From: Candidatus Latescibacterota bacterium
GTDB lineage: Bacteria > Latescibacterota > UBA2968 > UBA8231
Reading direction: 5' to 3'
Assembly: GCA_965217585.1 (NCBI GenBank)
Contig: OZ244561.1
Span: 4,640,001 to 4,704,000, forward strand
Length of the DNA stretch: 64,000 bases
The position numbers and the translations under genes were made by a program. Positions 1 to 10,315 of this stretch are shown here, piece after piece (positions within the stretch are counted from its first letter, which is position 1; each line of letters opens with the position of its first letter). The notes below the pieces were generated by a model that did not search any database, was not told the DNA's origin, and saw only the letters and a list, made by a program, of their open reading frames with translations.

Positions 1-1
1 A

Positions 2-1420
2 CCCGCATTGGGCCGTCTGACAGAGTTGGAGGAGTTGAACCTCGACGGCAACGCGCTGATAGGATGTGCACCGGAGACATTGGCCAGATGGGTCAACGAT
101 CTGCCGACTTGCTCTCAAGTCTCGAAATCATTCGATGCGGCTGTTAGCGCGGTGACGGCCACTGTCCTGGGCGACGCGATCGAGAGCTTAATTGTTGAGT
201 TTGCACGCACCATCCCCGGCCGCCAACCCGACTACGCTTGGATCGGTGTCACCGACGAGTTCGGCCAGCTAGAACTGCTCATCTCCAGTGAGGCTCCGGT
301 GAGCGGCTACTATCAAGCCCGGGCTCGCAACGCCGATGGCGAGGTGGTGGGCCAGTGGCACAGCATTTTCCTCGACCAGGACCGGCACCAGAGCTTGGAG
401 TTGACCTTGGGCGGCGGTGTGCAAGTGGTAGCCAGCCAAGTGCTGGCCAGAGGGGCCGAATTGATTGCCCACTACCCCTTCAATGGCAATGCCCGAGACG
501 CCAGTGGAAATGAGTACCACGGCACCCTGTCGGGGCCCGTGCCCACATGGGATCGCTTCGGCAACGAAGATGGTGCTATTCTCTTCAACGGTACTGACCA
601 TCGCATTGACCTGCCGCACAACGTGCTCGATGGCCGGCTGGATGTGACCATCGCCTTCTGGTTGAAAACCTCTAAGTCTGGAGCTCAAACCATTGTCAGC
701 GGCGCCAACCAGTTCAACGACAACGAATATATTGTCTTTTTCTTGAATGAAGGCCTGATCCGCTTCTATTCGCACGGGAATGTGGGGAGAAATCAGGTCT
801 GGTGTGACGTAGAAATCCAACCGATTGCCGACGGCACTTGGCATCACTTTGCCGTGATTCGCAATGCCTCGCTGGGCCATGCCGACTTTTTCGTCAATGG
901 CGAGGGATATACCAAGCGTTGTGGGCACTTGGTGTACGACACACTCAAGATCGAGGCGGGAGGGCTCATTCTCGGTCAAGATCAGGATACGTTCGGTGGC
1001 GGTTTCGACACGAGTCAGGTTCTCAGGGGCACGTTGGACGATCTCAGAATATACGATGGGATATTGTCGGCCATTGAGGTGCAGGCTCTCATGCGTGAAA
1101 GCGATCCAAACGATCCCGGTGCGGCCAAGGAGGTGCCGTCGGTCGCCAGCGGCCTAGATCCCAATTTCCCCAATCCCTTCAACGCCAGCACCCAGATCGC
1201 CTACCGCTTGGCCACCCCCGGCCCGGTGCGACTGGAGATCTACAATGTGCTGGGACAGCCGGTGCATACACTGGTAGATGGGTTCCAGGCCGCCGGCTTC
1301 CATCAGGTCCACTGGGACGCCCGCGACCAGTGGGGCGTCCCAGTAGCGGCGGGCGTCTATCTCAGCCGTCTGCACTACCCTGGCGGAGTCCAGACCCGAC
1401 GGCTGCTCTTACTCAAGTAG
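2..1420 (+). CDS. Secreted LRR + LamG/pentraxin-like + FlgD-Ig C-terminal domain protein (5' partial)
   Basis: Frame open at window edge with plant-type LRR (PALGRLTELEELNLDGNALIGC); LamG AHYPFNGNARD...; pentraxin-like LILGQDQDTFGGGFD; C-terminal PNFPNPFN...IYNVLGQ...WDARD...AGVY. Confidence 0.8.
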   Translation, partial: PALGRLTELEELNLDGNALIGCAPETLARWVNDLPTCSQVSKSFDAAVSAVTATVLGDAIESLIVEFARTIPGRQPDYAWIGVTDEFGQLELLISSEAPVSGYYQARARNADGEVVGQWHSIFLDQDRHQSLELTLGGGVQVVASQVLARGAELIAHYPFNGNARDASGNEYHGTLSGPVPTWDRFGNEDGAILFNGTDHRIDLPHNVLDGRLDVTIAFWLKTSKSGAQTIVSGANQFNDNEYIVFFLNEGLIRFYSHGNVGRNQVWCDVEIQPIADGTWHHFAVIRNASLGHADFFVNGEGYTKRCGHLVYDTLKIEAGGLILGQDQDTFGGGFDTSQVLRGTLDDLRIYDGILSAIEVQALMRESDPNDPGAAKEVPSVASGLDPNFPNPFNASTQIAYRLATPGPVRLEIYNVLGQPVHTLVDGFQAAGFHQVHWDARDQWGVPVAAGVYLSRLHYPGGVQTRRLLLLK

Positions 1421-1452
1421 CCCGGAGCGTGGGTCGCGGCATAGAGGTCGTT

Positions 1453-2544
1453 TCATTCCCTAGCGGCGTCTCGCTCTTGGGCCGCCTCCACCATTTCCCG
1501 CAGCGTCCGCTCGATATCGTATTCGCATTCCCATTGGGGATAGTGCGCTTGGAATTTGCGCACGTCGCTGATCCACCAGATGTGATCGCCCCTGCGAGCC
1601 TCGTCCGCGAGCGCGTAGTCGAGCGGTCGGCCCGCGAGGTGTTGCGCGGTTGCAATGGCCTCTAGTACGGAGACGTTGGCGCGGCGTCCACCGCCCATAT
1701 TGTACACTTCGCCGGCGCGGGGATTTTGGCAGAAGTGCCAGAAGGCCGAGACGAGATCGCGGCTGTGGATGTTGTCGCGCACCTGTTTGCCCTTGTAGCC
1801 GAAGATGGTGTAGGGCTTCCCCGTAACCACGCATTTGACTAGGTAGCCCAGGAAGCCGTGCAATTCGGCGGCCGAATGGGCTGGGCCGGTTAGGCACCCG
1901 CCGCGGAAGACGGCGGTCTTGAGACCGAAGTAGCGGCCGTATTCTTGGGTCAGGATATCGCCGGCGAGCTTGGATGCGCCGAAGAGGCTATGCTGGCACT
2001 GGTCGATGCGCAGGTTCTCGTCAATGCCGAACTCGTGGTAGGGGTGCGCCGCGTCGAGTTCATAGCGGGTTGCGCATTCCACCAAGGGCAGTTCGTTGGG
2101 CGCATCGCCGTACACTTTGTTGGTGCTGGCGAAGATGAAAACCGCGTCCGGGCAGCAGCGGCGCGTGGCTTCTAACAGGTGGAGGGTGCCGTTGGCATTG
2201 ATCGCAAAGTCCGTAAGCGGCTCGCGGGCCGCCCAGTCGTGCGAGGGCTGCGCCGCCGCGTGGATTACCAGCGCGATGGCCTTGCCGCATTCGGCAAACA
2301 GCGCATTCACGCCGGCCGCATCGCGGATGTCGAGGTCGCAATGTCGGTAGTTGGGCAATCCCTTTTCGAGCTGGGCGCGGTTCCAAGCGGTCGAGCTGTC
2401 CGCGCCGAAAAAGTACTGCCGCATGTTGTTATCCACGCCGACGATGTCAAAGCCGCACTTGTGAAAAAAGCGGGCCGCTTCGCTGCCGACGAGACCTGCC
2501 GAGCCGGTGATTAGGGCGGTGCTCCCTTCCGGTGCGCGTTTCAT
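1453..2544 (-). CDS. NAD-dependent epimerase/dehydratase (CDP-paratose 2-epimerase-like SDR)
   Basis: ITGSAGLVG Rossmann motif, AAQPSHD, STNKVYG, FGASK. Confidence 0.88.
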   Translation of the reverse strand: MKRAPEGSTALITGSAGLVGSEAARFFHKCGFDIVGVDNNMRQYFFGADSSTAWNRAQLEKGLPNYRHCDLDIRDAAGVNALFAECGKAIALVIHAAAQPSHDWAAREPLTDFAINANGTLHLLEATRRCCPDAVFIFASTNKVYGDAPNELPLVECATRYELDAAHPYHEFGIDENLRIDQCQHSLFGASKLAGDILTQEYGRYFGLKTAVFRGGCLTGPAHSAAELHGFLGYLVKCVVTGKPYTIFGYKGKQVRDNIHSRDLVSAFWHFCQNPRAGEVYNMGGGRRANVSVLEAIATAQHLAGRPLDYALADEARRGDHIWWISDVRKFQAHYPQWECEYDIERTLREMVEAAQERDAARE

Positions 2545-2572
2545 TAGCTAACTGCGAGGTCAGTGCAACGTT

Positions 2573-3643
2573 TCATTCGCTGACCGCATGGTCAGTGAAC
2601 ATCGGGCGGACCAGATCGCCGTTGTCCACCAGCCAAGCGCGGATGTCGCCGACGATGTCCCGCGCGGTCTTTTGTGGGGTCCAGCCAAAGGCCGCCTGTG
2701 CCTTGGCGTTGTCCGTGACGTAATAGGGGATGTCGGTCGGCTGAGTCTCGGGGACCGAGCCGATGGCGAGGGTGCGGCCCGTGGCCTCTTGGCAGAGCTG
2801 GGTGTATTCCATCAGCGAGGTCGAGCTGGCGAGGCCACCGCCGGCGTTGAATACGTCGCCCGTCCAAGCGGCTGGGCAGGCCACTTGCGCCTCTAACAGG
2901 GAGAAGAGATCGTCCGGGTGCAAGAGGTCGCGCACTTGCTTGCCACGTCCGCCGAACCCCGTGTAGCGCAGCCCCAAGCCAAAGTAGTGGCCGGCGACCC
3001 ATAGAGCGTACACGCCTTGATCAGCTCGGCCCCACTGGCTCGGTCCGGCGATGACGCCGCAGCGGTTGATCACAGCCTTCAAATCATAAGCGGCGCAGTG
3101 CTCTTGAACGAATAGTTCGGAGGCCAATTTGGTCGCGCCGTACAGCGAGCGGTGACCGGAAGTGGCAAACGCCTCGCCGATGCCCGCAGCCGACAGCCCC
3201 ACTGGCCACGAGCCTTGTGAGTCGAGGCTAAAGCGCGTCTCCTCCTCGCGCAGGGGCAAGCTCCGCAGTGCGGGCAGCGAATAGACCCGCGAGGTGGAGA
3301 GGAAGAGCAGGGCGCCAGCGCGTCGGCGCGCCCACTCCAAGCAGTTGAGAGTGCCTTGGAGGTTGGTGTCGATTGCGTTGGTAGCCGCGTGGACTGAAGG
3401 CTCGGCCGCCGCGTCGATGAGCAGGTCGAAGGTGCCTGTCAGCGTCTCCAAGTCGCGGGGAAAGCGCACGTCGCCGTGGATGAATTCTATGTTGTGCGCC
3501 CTGAAGTCGGCCAAGTTCAGTTCGGACCCGCGCCGGCTGAGGTTGTCGAAGGCGACAATGCGCCGGCTGGGATAGTGCTGGCGGTAGCGGCGCGCCAAGC
3601 TCGCGCCGACAAAACCCGCGCCGCCGGCAATGCACAAGCTCAC
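2573..3643 (-). CDS. NAD-dependent epimerase/dehydratase (extended SDR)
   Basis: IAGGAGFVG, STSRVY, YGATK, GKQVRD motifs. Confidence 0.88.
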   Translation of the reverse strand: MSLCIAGGAGFVGASLARRYRQHYPSRRIVAFDNLSRRGSELNLADFRAHNIEFIHGDVRFPRDLETLTGTFDLLIDAAAEPSVHAATNAIDTNLQGTLNCLEWARRRAGALLFLSTSRVYSLPALRSLPLREEETRFSLDSQGSWPVGLSAAGIGEAFATSGHRSLYGATKLASELFVQEHCAAYDLKAVINRCGVIAGPSQWGRADQGVYALWVAGHYFGLGLRYTGFGGRGKQVRDLLHPDDLFSLLEAQVACPAAWTGDVFNAGGGLASSTSLMEYTQLCQEATGRTLAIGSVPETQPTDIPYYVTDNAKAQAAFGWTPQKTARDIVGDIRAWLVDNGDLVRPMFTDHAVSE

Positions 3644-4623
3644 GGCAGCGGGGCGTCGTCGCGGACTAAGCCCTCGTCGCGGAGTTCAGCCCAAAACGGC
3701 GGGGGAATTTCCCGAGTGAGCAAGTCGAAATTCTCTTGCACGCGCTCGGGCTGCCGCGTCCCGGGGATGATACAGGTGATGGCCGGATGGGCGAAGACGA
3801 ATTGCGAGGCCGCCGCCCGCAGATCGACTTGGTGGCGCGCGGCCACGGCCTCTAGGGACTTGGCCCTAGCGGCGATTTCGGGTGGAGCTTCTCGGTAGTT
3901 GTAGGTCGCGCCCGGGCGCGCGCCTTTGGCCAAGATGCCGCTGTTATAAGTGCCGCCGGCCATGATGCCGATGTTCTTTTCCACGCACAGCGGCAAGAGG
4001 TCGTCGAGCGCGCCTTGGTCGAGCAAGCTGTAGCGTCCGGCGAGGAGGAAGCAGTCGAAATCGCCTTCGCGGGCGAAGCGGGCCAGCATTTCCCATTGGT
4101 TCATGCCCGCACTGACGGCGTGGATAACGCCCTCGCCGCGCAGCTTGTCGAGCGCGGGGTAAGCACCGTCGATGGCTTCCTGCCAGTGGTTGTCCGGGTC
4201 GTGGATGTGGAGGATATCGATGCGATCTACGCCTAGGCGTTCGAGGCTGTCTTCGAAGGAGCGCATGACGCCGTCGTAGCTGAAATCGAACACGGGTTGG
4301 TACGGGGCCGGGTCGTCGAATGCGCCCACTTGTTGGTCTTGTTCGGTTGGGACTAAGACGCGTCCCACTTTGGAGGCGAGCACATAGCTGTCGCGCGGCA
4401 CGCCCACGAGGGCCTGCCCGAGACGGATTTCGCTTTTGCCCGCCCCGTATAGCGGTGCGGTGTCTAAGAGGTTCAGCCCCAAAGACAGGGCGCGGTGCAC
4501 GACGGAGACGGCTTGGTCGTCTGGTATGTCGCCGTATAGGCCGCCGATAGAGGCGCAGCCCAAGCCGAGGCGGGTGACGCGCAGGCCGCTGCTGCCGAGG
4601 GTGACTTTTTCGAGTGGATTCAT
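3640..4623 (-). CDS. Aldo/keto reductase (D-threo-aldose/L-fucose dehydrogenase-like)
   Basis: LGLGCA, DTAPLYGAGKSE, SKVGR, FDFSYDGV, HIHDPD; RBS GAGGAG upstream. Confidence 0.88.
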   Translation of the reverse strand: MNPLEKVTLGSSGLRVTRLGLGCASIGGLYGDIPDDQAVSVVHRALSLGLNLLDTAPLYGAGKSEIRLGQALVGVPRDSYVLASKVGRVLVPTEQDQQVGAFDDPAPYQPVFDFSYDGVMRSFEDSLERLGVDRIDILHIHDPDNHWQEAIDGAYPALDKLRGEGVIHAVSAGMNQWEMLARFAREGDFDCFLLAGRYSLLDQGALDDLLPLCVEKNIGIMAGGTYNSGILAKGARPGATYNYREAPPEIAARAKSLEAVAARHQVDLRAAASQFVFAHPAITCIIPGTRQPERVQENFDLLTREIPPPFWAELRDEGLVRDDAPLP

Positions 4624-4712
4624 GGCGTGCTCCTCATTAGATGGCTTCTAGTAAAAAAACAAAACATAGGCCAAACCACCCGGCGCAAAAAGTCCGCCCC
4701 CTTGGGACCTGC

Positions 4713-4741
4713 TTGACGCTCACAGGGTCATGCCGTACATT
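4713..4741 (+). promoter_or_regulatory. Putative sigma70 promoter
   Basis: TTGACG (4713-4718), 17 bp, TACATT (4736-4741) in the divergent intergenic region. Confidence 0.5.
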
Positions 4742-4786
4742 AAGTGCCCTTTGTGAATAGTTCGGAACCCATTGAATATAAAAGAG

Positions 4787-6220
4787 ATGTATCAATTTAG
4801 GGCCAAGCTGCTGGCGCTGCTAATGTTGGCCGGGTGCGCCGCCACCGAGGAGCCGCCGCAAGAAGCGGTCCGCAGCGAGCGGCCGGCCTTGGCCGAGTGG
4901 CAGTGGGCCGATGGCGAGATGCCTTGGAACACTTGGGACGAGTCGTTGTTCGCACGCGCCCAACGCGAAGACAATCCCATATTGGTGTATTTGGCCGCCC
5001 CGGGGTGCGAGGGCCTGTTCCCCGCGCCAACGCCGGCGTTGCGCCAACTGGTCGCCGAGAAATTTGTCAGCGTGCAGGTCGATCCATTCAAGCGGCCGGA
5101 CATTGCTCGGCACTACGACAGCGGCGGTTGGCCGGCCCTAGTGGTGGCCCTGCCGGACGGACGGGTTTTCGCGCGGGCCGTGGATATTCCACCATCCAAT
5201 GTCGAGTCTTATTTGCGCCGGTTGCGCACGGCCTACGAGGAAAAGCGCGCGGTACTGGTCGCCAAGGTGCAGCACGCAGCCGCCCGTCCCGAGGCCGAGA
5301 AGCCCTTTGCCATAGATGCTGTTTACCGTGCGTGCGCGGCTGCCTTTGATTCGGCCCACGGCGGCTTCGGCGGCCCGACCAAGTTTCTCGAAACTTCGGT
5401 ATTGCGCTTCCTGCTCGTCTATGCCGAGGCGCGGGACGCAGCGCCAGCGCGGCAGATGGCCTTGGCCAGCTTGGACGCGGTGCTCGCTTCGCCGCTCGGC
5501 GATAGCGGTGGTTTTCGCGCGTACTCGTACGCGCCGGATTGGAGCGCACCCGCCAGCGAGCGGGACGCCCTCGATCAGGCGGCCATGCTGCATCTCTTGC
5601 TGGAGGCCGACCAGCCTCGCTACGCCGAGTCGGCTAGAGCACTACTCGGCTTTGTCGAGGGCACGCTCTTCGACGCAGCCGAGGGTGCGTTCCGCGGCCG
5701 CCAAGTCATGGCCGATACTTGGTGGACTGACCCCACGCTCTACGCCGACCGCCAGGCGGCCCTGATACGAGCCTATCTCGCTGCGGCCGCCGCCCTAGGC
5801 GACGAACGCGCTGCCCAGGTGGCCCTGCAAGCCGGTGACGCACTCATTAACCGCTGTATCGACGGCCGCGGTCGGGTGCGGCACGTCTGCGACTCAGAGA
5901 CCGAGGGCAGTGTTGGCCTGCTCGTCGATCAAGCCTTGGTGGCATTGGCTCTGTGGGAGTTGGGTGAGTGGAGTGGGGAGGCGCGCTTTGCCACGGCTGC
6001 CGAGCAGGTTGTGCGCTTTATGGAGCAATCGTACGACCACCCCGCTGCCCTCAGCCCACTGCCGCATCACGGCAAGGCCCTCGCCCTCCAACTCTATGGG
6101 CGACAGGGCCGTGCCGAGCGGGTGGCCGCCTTGGCCGGCGAGTCGCGCTTGGTGCAGGCACCCAGCCGGGCGCATAGCTCGTGGGCGCGGGCTTTGCTGC
6201 TGTCCGGCCCACCGCTATGA
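4787..6220 (+). CDS. Lipoprotein with DUF255/thioredoxin-like and alpha/alpha-barrel domains (YyaL-like)
   Basis: Lipobox LLMLAGC; PWNTWDESLFARAQRED, RPDIARHY..GGWP, GGFGGPTKF; start may be 4772 or 4787. Confidence 0.72.
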   Translation: MYQFRAKLLALLMLAGCAATEEPPQEAVRSERPALAEWQWADGEMPWNTWDESLFARAQREDNPILVYLAAPGCEGLFPAPTPALRQLVAEKFVSVQVDPFKRPDIARHYDSGGWPALVVALPDGRVFARAVDIPPSNVESYLRRLRTAYEEKRAVLVAKVQHAAARPEAEKPFAIDAVYRACAAAFDSAHGGFGGPTKFLETSVLRFLLVYAEARDAAPARQMALASLDAVLASPLGDSGGFRAYSYAPDWSAPASERDALDQAAMLHLLLEADQPRYAESARALLGFVEGTLFDAAEGAFRGRQVMADTWWTDPTLYADRQAALIRAYLAAAAALGDERAAQVALQAGDALINRCIDGRGRVRHVCDSETEGSVGLLVDQALVALALWELGEWSGEARFATAAEQVVRFMEQSYDHPAALSPLPHHGKALALQLYGRQGRAERVAALAGESRLVQAPSRAHSSWARALLLSGPPL

Positions 6221-7116
6221 GAATTTTGGTGACAGGTGCCACCGGCTTTTTGGGCCGCACTCTGCTCTCTTTGGAAGGGGAAGCCGAGTGGATGGGCTGT
6301 GGTCGCCGTCCCGCTGCCGAGGGCATTCCCTATCGCCAGGTCGATCTTGCCGACCGCCAGACCGTGACCGCACTCGTCGCCGAGTTGGCTCCGGATTGGG
6401 TGATCAACGCTGCGGCGATGACCGATGTCGATGGCTGCGAAAAAGACGCGCGAGCCGCGCGGCAAGCCAATGTCGATATTCCCGAGAACTTGGCAGCGGT
6501 CTGCGACGCGACCGGGGCCGGCTTGGTCCATATTTCCACGGATTACGTCTTCGACGGCAAGCGCGGCCCCTACCGCGAAGGGGATGCAGCCAATCCGCTG
6601 TCTTGCTACGGCCAACTCAAGCTCGAAAGCGAGGGCATATTAAAGAAAATGGAGCGCGTACTAGTCGTGCGGACCCTGTGGCTGTACGGCTATGTCCCGC
6701 AGGCCGGGTCCAACTTCCTCACTTGGGTGCTGCGGGCGCTCGTTGGCGGCCAGCCCCTGCGGGTCTTTGCCGATCAGTGGGGCAACCCGACCTACATCCG
6801 CGATCTGGCTCGCGCCTTGGTGTCTCTGTGCGGCCAAGAGGCGCGGGGTTTGTTTCACGCAGGCGGCGCGACCTTTATGACGCGCTGGGAGATGGCGCGG
6901 GAGATGGCTTGTTTCTTTGGAATCGACGGCGCCTTGATCGAATCCGTGCCGACCCGCGCGGCCGGGCTGTTAGCCGCGCGCCCCCTGCGCTCTGGTCTGC
7001 GCACCGACGCGCTGGAAACCGCGCTCGGCCGCCGGCCCCTGAGCTTTGCCGAGGGGCTGCAACACCTCGCCGCGGACCCGCATTTTCGCCGCGACTTTCC
7101 CCAATTTGCCCGCTAG
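6217..7116 (+). CDS. rfbD: dTDP-4-dehydrorhamnose reductase family
   Basis: ATGA overlap with upstream stop; ILVTGATGFLG, AAMTDVDGCE, HISTDYVFDG, YGQLK. Confidence 0.85.
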   Translation: MRILVTGATGFLGRTLLSLEGEAEWMGCGRRPAAEGIPYRQVDLADRQTVTALVAELAPDWVINAAAMTDVDGCEKDARAARQANVDIPENLAAVCDATGAGLVHISTDYVFDGKRGPYREGDAANPLSCYGQLKLESEGILKKMERVLVVRTLWLYGYVPQAGSNFLTWVLRALVGGQPLRVFADQWGNPTYIRDLARALVSLCGQEARGLFHAGGATFMTRWEMAREMACFFGIDGALIESVPTRAAGLLAARPLRSGLRTDALETALGRRPLSFAEGLQHLAADPHFRRDFPQFAR

Positions 7117-7125
7117 CGTGCTCCC

Positions 7126-7851
7126 GTGGACCCCGTGCAGATTTCGCTGGTGACGCCCACGTATAACGAGCGGGAAAGTTTGCCGCTGTTGGCCGAAGAG
7201 ATCTTCGCGGTCGTCGGCCAAAAGCCGGATATCGACTTGGAGCTCATCGTGGTAGATGACAACTCGCCCGACGGTACCGGCGAAGTGGCCGAGTCGCTGA
7301 AGGCCCGCTATCCCGTCCAGGTGGTACATCGGGAGGGCAAGCTCGGCTTGGGGTCAGCGGTGATGGCGGGTTTCGCGCAGTCGGCGCGACCGCATCTCGG
7401 AGTGATAGACGCCGACTTAAGCCACGACCCGGCGATTCTGCCCGAGCTCATTCGCAGCCTGCGCGAATGCGACATTGCCATGGGCAGCCGCTTTGGAGCG
7501 ACCAGCCGAGTCGAACGGTGGGCTTGGCACCGCAAGCTGATTTCGCAAGTCGGCGTGGGCGCGGCCCGCTTGCTAACCGGGGTCGAGGACCCGCTATCGG
7601 GTTATTTCTGTCTGCGCCGCCAAGTGATACAGGACCTAGTACTCACGTCCTCGGGCTACAAAATTCTGCTCGAAATTTTGGTCAAGGGCCGCTATCGACA
7701 GCATCGCTCCGTGCCTTTTGTCTTCCGCAACCGCCAGTTCAGCTCCAGCAAGCTGGACCTGCGCGAGTACCTGCTCTTTGCCAAACAAATCCTCTACTTC
7801 AGCTGCTACAAGCTCATGGGCCGCCAGCGAGGTGCTAGATCGTGCGACTGA
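7126..7851 (+). CDS. Polyprenol monophosphomannose synthase-like GT2 glycosyltransferase
   Basis: PTYNERE, VVDDNSPDGT, DADLSH, DPLSGYF. Confidence 0.85.
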   Translation: MDPVQISLVTPTYNERESLPLLAEEIFAVVGQKPDIDLELIVVDDNSPDGTGEVAESLKARYPVQVVHREGKLGLGSAVMAGFAQSARPHLGVIDADLSHDPAILPELIRSLRECDIAMGSRFGATSRVERWAWHRKLISQVGVGAARLLTGVEDPLSGYFCLRRQVIQDLVLTSSGYKILLEILVKGRYRQHRSVPFVFRNRQFSSSKLDLREYLLFAKQILYFSCYKLMGRQRGARSCD

Positions 7852-9524
7852 GCGTCGTCTTCCTCAGCTACAATACCCGCGACCTGACCCGCCAGGCCCT
7901 GAGTTCTGTACTCGCCGCAGCCGAGGGCTTAGAGGCGGAGATATTCGTCGTTGACAATGCCTCGGCAGACGGTAGCGCCGACATGATAGCCGAGGAATTC
8001 CCGCAAGTGAAGCTGATCTGCAACGCGGCCAATGTGGGTTTCGCGGCTGGCAACAACGTGGCCCTGCGGCAGGTGACCGGAGAATACGCGCTGCTGATCA
8101 ACACCGATACCATCGTGCGCCGAGACGCACTGTGCACGATGGTAGAGTTCTTGAAGGCACACCCGGAAGCCGGAGCCTGCGGGTGCAAAATCCTCGACCC
8201 GGACGGCACCTTGCAGCTCGACAGCCGCCGCGGCTTTCCCACGCCGTTGGCTGCCTTCTGCAAGATGTCGGGCCTGAGCCGCCTATTTCCCAAGCACCCG
8301 CTCATCGCCCACTATCACATGACGTATCTCGACCCCGAGCAGACGGCCGCGGTCGAGGTGCTGTCTGGTTCCTGCATGATGGTAAGAAAGTCGGCCATGG
8401 ACCAAGTCGGCCTACTCGACGAGGACTACTTCATGTACGGCGAGGACATCGACTGGTGCTATCGCTTCCACCAAGCCGGCTGGAAGATCTACTACGTGCC
8501 GACGACCGAGATTATCCACTTCCGCGGCGAGAGTGGCCGGGGGACGCCCCTGAAAATTCTCTATCGCAAGAGCCAAGCCATGTCGATTTTTGTCAACAAG
8601 CACATGGCGCGGCGCTTTCGCTTCTTCCCGCTGTGGTTCTTGCAGGTGGGCATTGCCCTGCACGGGACGTTCCGCTTCCTCGCCCGGGCGGGTCGCGCCT
8701 TGGCCATGCCTCTGATCGACGCCGGCTTGGTGCTCTGCGGCCTGAAGCTGGGTTTAGTGGTGCGCTACCACCAAGAGCTGGTGCCCTTCATCTATCGCAT
8801 TGAGCAGATCGGCAACCTCTTCGGCCTCGACGTCCAGCCGACGCGCTGGCTGGTTCCGCCTCCGTACTCGGATTTGCAATGGGCTGCTGTGTACGGTGCT
8901 TCGACCTTGGTCTGGCTGTTGGCGTTTTACGTGTCGGGCCTGTACGACCGCCGCCGCTACTCAGTGGCGTGGTCGGTGGTGGGCGTGACGCTGGGGTTTG
9001 CCTTCATCGTGACGTTGGTCTTCTTCTTTAAGGCATACAACTTCTCGCGGCTGGCCGCGGTCGCGGCTTGGTTTTGCAACGCGGTGTTAATCGCCGGTTG
9101 GCGCTTCGTCGCGCGTTGGTTCCTGCACCAGCGTGGCCGCGAGGGCCGGTTGCGCACTCTGCTGGTGGGAACCGATGCGGTTGCAGTGGATTTCGTCGAA
9201 CAGCTAGAGCGGGCGGGCGTGGCCCACTGCAATCTGATCGGCGTGGTGGGAGATGCCCCCCAGCAGCGCGGCCACCCGCTGGCTGGTCGCCCGGTGGTCG
9301 GCCACGTCGGCGAGCTCGAGGAGCTGGTGAACGACTTTGCCATCGACCACCTCGTGTTCACCCCGAGCGCCATGGCGTCGTTCTTGGAGCAGCCAGTGCA
9401 GTCGCGGGGCGCGCGGGATTTGCGCGTTAGTATGGTGCCGATCGCGTTTGCCGAGATGGTTGCCGATCGCGGCGCACACGACTCCGCGTCTTTGCCCCTC
9501 GTAGAAATTAGGAGGGGCAGTTGA
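7842..9524 (+). CDS. GT2 glycosyltransferase fused to membrane and Rossmann-like (sugar-transferase N-terminal type) domains
   Basis: VVDNASADG, NVGFAAGNN, DEDYFMYGEDID; several TM helices then LLVGTD...IGVV domain. Confidence 0.82.
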   Translation: MRLSVVFLSYNTRDLTRQALSSVLAAAEGLEAEIFVVDNASADGSADMIAEEFPQVKLICNAANVGFAAGNNVALRQVTGEYALLINTDTIVRRDALCTMVEFLKAHPEAGACGCKILDPDGTLQLDSRRGFPTPLAAFCKMSGLSRLFPKHPLIAHYHMTYLDPEQTAAVEVLSGSCMMVRKSAMDQVGLLDEDYFMYGEDIDWCYRFHQAGWKIYYVPTTEIIHFRGESGRGTPLKILYRKSQAMSIFVNKHMARRFRFFPLWFLQVGIALHGTFRFLARAGRALAMPLIDAGLVLCGLKLGLVVRYHQELVPFIYRIEQIGNLFGLDVQPTRWLVPPPYSDLQWAAVYGASTLVWLLAFYVSGLYDRRRYSVAWSVVGVTLGFAFIVTLVFFFKAYNFSRLAAVAAWFCNAVLIAGWRFVARWFLHQRGREGRLRTLLVGTDAVAVDFVEQLERAGVAHCNLIGVVGDAPQQRGHPLAGRPVVGHVGELEELVNDFAIDHLVFTPSAMASFLEQPVQSRGARDLRVSMVPIAFAEMVADRGAHDSASLPLVEIRRGS

Positions 9525-9593
9525 GTCGGGTAGTGTTGATTTTTTGCTTTTATTTGCGTATTGTGAACGCGAGCATAAGCTGGGAGAATAACT

Positions 9594-10295
9594 ATGTCTG
9601 AGAGGCGTTTGGCAGGCGGTCGGGAGATCGTGCTGCCGATGAGTAAAGCAGTGGAAATTAGTTTTCGCAGCCTGAAAATTCGCTTTGGCCGCTCGCTGAT
9701 CACCACCAGCGGCGTGATTCTGGCCATCGCCTTTTTAATGTCGGTGTGGAGCAACAACGAAATCGTCAGCAGCCTGCGGAGCGCGGACAAAAGCGAGATC
9801 AACTTGCTGTTGCAAAAAAACGGCATTGAGACCGGCATCACCGAGGCTGGCGACGCTTCCGAAGAGGCTGCGGGCCGCATGCAGGAAGAGAAATCCAAGC
9901 AGACTTGGCTCATCAGTCTCTCGCTCTTGGTCTGCGTCGTCGGCATTGCCAACGCCATGTTGATGTCGGTGACCGAGCGGTTCCGCGAGATCGGCACCAT
10001 GAAGTGCCTCGGGGCCTTGGACAACTTTATCGTCAAGCTCTTCCTCCTCGAATCGACCTTTCAGGGGTTGGCGGGGACTTCGGCGGGGATCATCATCGGC
10101 TTCGCGCTGACGCTGGGCTTGGCCCTGCTCGATTACGGCGGCTACGCGCTCACCTATTTCCCGCTGGGCGGCATCGTCGAATCGGCCGGTTACGCCTTGG
10201 TGGTGGGGACCCTGCTTTCGCTGATCGGCGCCATGTTGCCGGCGTACCGCGCAGCCAAGATGGAGCCGGTCGAGGCCATGCGCTCCGACACTTGA
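9594..10295 (+). CDS. ABC transporter permease, FtsX/MacB-like
   Basis: GIANAMLMSVTERFREIGTMKCLGA, PAYRAAKMEPVEAMR. Confidence 0.85.
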   Translation: MSERRLAGGREIVLPMSKAVEISFRSLKIRFGRSLITTSGVILAIAFLMSVWSNNEIVSSLRSADKSEINLLLQKNGIETGITEAGDASEEAAGRMQEEKSKQTWLISLSLLVCVVGIANAMLMSVTERFREIGTMKCLGALDNFIVKLFLLESTFQGLAGTSAGIIIGFALTLGLALLDYGGYALTYFPLGGIVESAGYALVVGTLLSLIGAMLPAYRAAKMEPVEAMRSDT

Positions 10296-10315
10296 TTCCT
10301 TAGAGGAGATCTGAA

